A stretch of DNA of 35,426 nucleotides from Candidatus Anderseniibacteriota bacterium (GTDB taxonomy: Bacteria > Patescibacteriota > Andersenbacteria > UBA10190), in contig JACPWO010000001.1 of NCBI GenBank assembly GCA_016197005.1, positions 540,544 through 575,969 on the forward strand, in the 5' to 3' direction. Below are positions 34,359 to 35,426 of the stretch, one piece after another (position 1 is the stretch's first letter; each line of letters opens with the position of its first letter). A model generated the notes under the pieces. It was not told where the DNA came from and did no database searches. It saw only the letters and a program-made list of their open reading frames with translations. The translations under genes were made by a program, and so were the position numbers.

Positions 34359-34388
34359 TTATCCTTCAATCAACATAACAGACCCACT

Positions 34389-35426
34389 GTGGTCCAAAAC
34401 AAAAGAGGGGCAACTGAACTCGTTCCAATTGCTGAGGCTGCAGCAATTCTTGGTGTGTCTGTGGATACGGTCCGTCGTTGGGAGCGGGGCGGAAAATTAA
34501 AAGCTCATCGTTCTCCTGGCGGTCATCGCCTCTTTTCTAAAACTGATTTAAACGCGTTTAAACAAGATCAAGGATTTTCTATATCAGAAGCGGCGGCTCG
34601 TCTTGAAGTTTCTACTAGTACTCTACGTCGCTGGGAACGAGAAGGAAAAGTTACGGCTGAAAGAAATGAGAAGGGCGAGCGAGTATTTACCCAACAGCAG
34701 CTTAATCTATTAGAAGATGGAGAAGCGGCGAGCTTTCCTTCATCATATCCTGTTCTTTCCTATGATAAGACAAATAATGATATATTAGTTCCTAAAGTCC
34801 AGTCACTTTCTAATCACAGTTCCGTAACCTTAGCACCCTCTCCTTCTAAGATTCGTGAAGATTTAGGTCTACCTAAAGAGAAGATCAGGTTTAAAGGTTT
34901 GGCATTTGGTTTAACTGTACTACTTCTGCTCTTGAGTGGGGTGACAACAGCGGGGGTGAAATACTTTGGAGTAAAAAATGGAGGAGGTAGAGAGGCTCGA
35001 AGTAATTCCAATACCCTTGCAGTCTTACCGGGTATTGGGGAAACCGAGCGAGCCCGTGGTCGAGTTCTGGCTTTAGTAACAGAAGACGAAGATAGATTCT
35101 TTCAGGTAAATATTCCTGCATTTTTTGAAAGCGGTCTGAACACGACAGAAATTTTTACGGAACGGCTGCGAGCAATTCCGGGACTGACAGTTATTGATGC
35201 TCAAGGGACGAGTATCGATTTTGGTACTGGTACCATCGAAGCATCAAATTTAGTCTATAGTCTCCAAGGTCAACGCGGTGACGTAACCCTCACAGCCGGA
35301 GAAGGCATTGTGATAGACGGCACCACAATTAGCGCTACTGATTCGGACGTATCTCTTACTAATGCCGGAGACATAACGATCACTGAAACAAGCGATGGGA
35401 TATTTACACTGGCGCTCGAATCCACC
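34389..35426 (+). CDS. Membrane-anchored protein with two tandem MerR/excisionase-type HTH domains, one TM helix and an extracytoplasmic region (partial; runs off the window)
   Basis: This frame is open from 34335 to the window end and is not in the ORF track because it has no stop. HTH 1 is 'IAEAAAILGVSVDTVRRWERGGKLKAHRSPGGHRLFSKTDL'. HTH 2 is 'ISEAAARLEVSTSTLRRWEREGKVTAERNEKGERVF'. The TM helix is 'GLAFGLTVLLLLLSGVTTAGV'. There is no in-frame ATG near the start; the candidates are GTG 34389 and TTG 34338. Confidence 0.6.
   Translation, partial: MVQNKRGATELVPIAEAAAILGVSVDTVRRWERGGKLKAHRSPGGHRLFSKTDLNAFKQDQGFSISEAAARLEVSTSTLRRWEREGKVTAERNEKGERVFTQQQLNLLEDGEAASFPSSYPVLSYDKTNNDILVPKVQSLSNHSSVTLAPSPSKIREDLGLPKEKIRFKGLAFGLTVLLLLLSGVTTAGVKYFGVKNGGGREARSNSNTLAVLPGIGETERARGRVLALVTEDEDRFFQVNIPAFFESGLNTTEIFTERLRAIPGLTVIDAQGTSIDFGTGTIEASNLVYSLQGQRGDVTLTAGEGIVIDGTTISATDSDVSLTNAGDITITETSDGIFTLALEST

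Overview
This 35.4 kb window is densely coding on both strands, with about 35 CDS and many 1-30 nt overlaps or ATGA/TAATG couplings. It uses the standard code: TGA, TAA and TAG all terminate long conserved ORFs. I recognised no rRNA, tRNA, CRISPR array, transposase or integrase.

Most content is housekeeping:
- Cell envelope: PBP1A, UppP, GlmS, a CDP-alcohol phosphatidyltransferase and YvcK.
- Recombination: RuvC, YebC and RuvB.
- Other: TsaE, a PilB/GspE-type ATPase, an SNase-like nuclease and a PolB-exo-like exonuclease.

Several traits suggest a reduced-genome uncultivated bacterium, possibly Patescibacteria/CPR-like. These are a triple lamin-tail-domain surface protein, P/T-rich linkers, and shortened YebC, delta and epsilon. 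This taxonomic call is inference only.

Items worth a second look:
1. An F1-type ATPase cluster (alpha, gamma, beta, short delta) has none of its membrane or ion-translocating determinants in the window. There is no a subunit. The b-position gene has no TM helix. The c-position gene encodes a signal peptide, an ectodomain and a c-like hairpin without the carboxylate. atpC is detached, inverted and overlaps atpD convergently.
2. A split ATP-citrate-lyase-like trio (SucC-like, SucD-like, short citrate-synthase-fold lyase) sits in a tightly coupled operon.
3. That operon continues into a PARP-like H-Y-[D/E] ADP-ribosyltransferase candidate, a GNAT and atpC.
4. An ATP-grasp (alpha-L-glutamate-ligase-related) protein fused to a retropepsin-like domain is paired with a PKD-7TM membrane protein.
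5. A ~0.6 kb ORF-poor, hairpin-rich stretch carries a GGAGGAAAGUC motif. This is either an RNase P CR-I-like element or a Shine-Dalgarno site for a 50 aa basic sORF.
6. An AT-rich 630 bp spacer with an operator-like inverted repeat precedes a membrane-anchored tandem-HTH protein.

All functional calls rest on motif reading by eye. No searches or folding programs were run.
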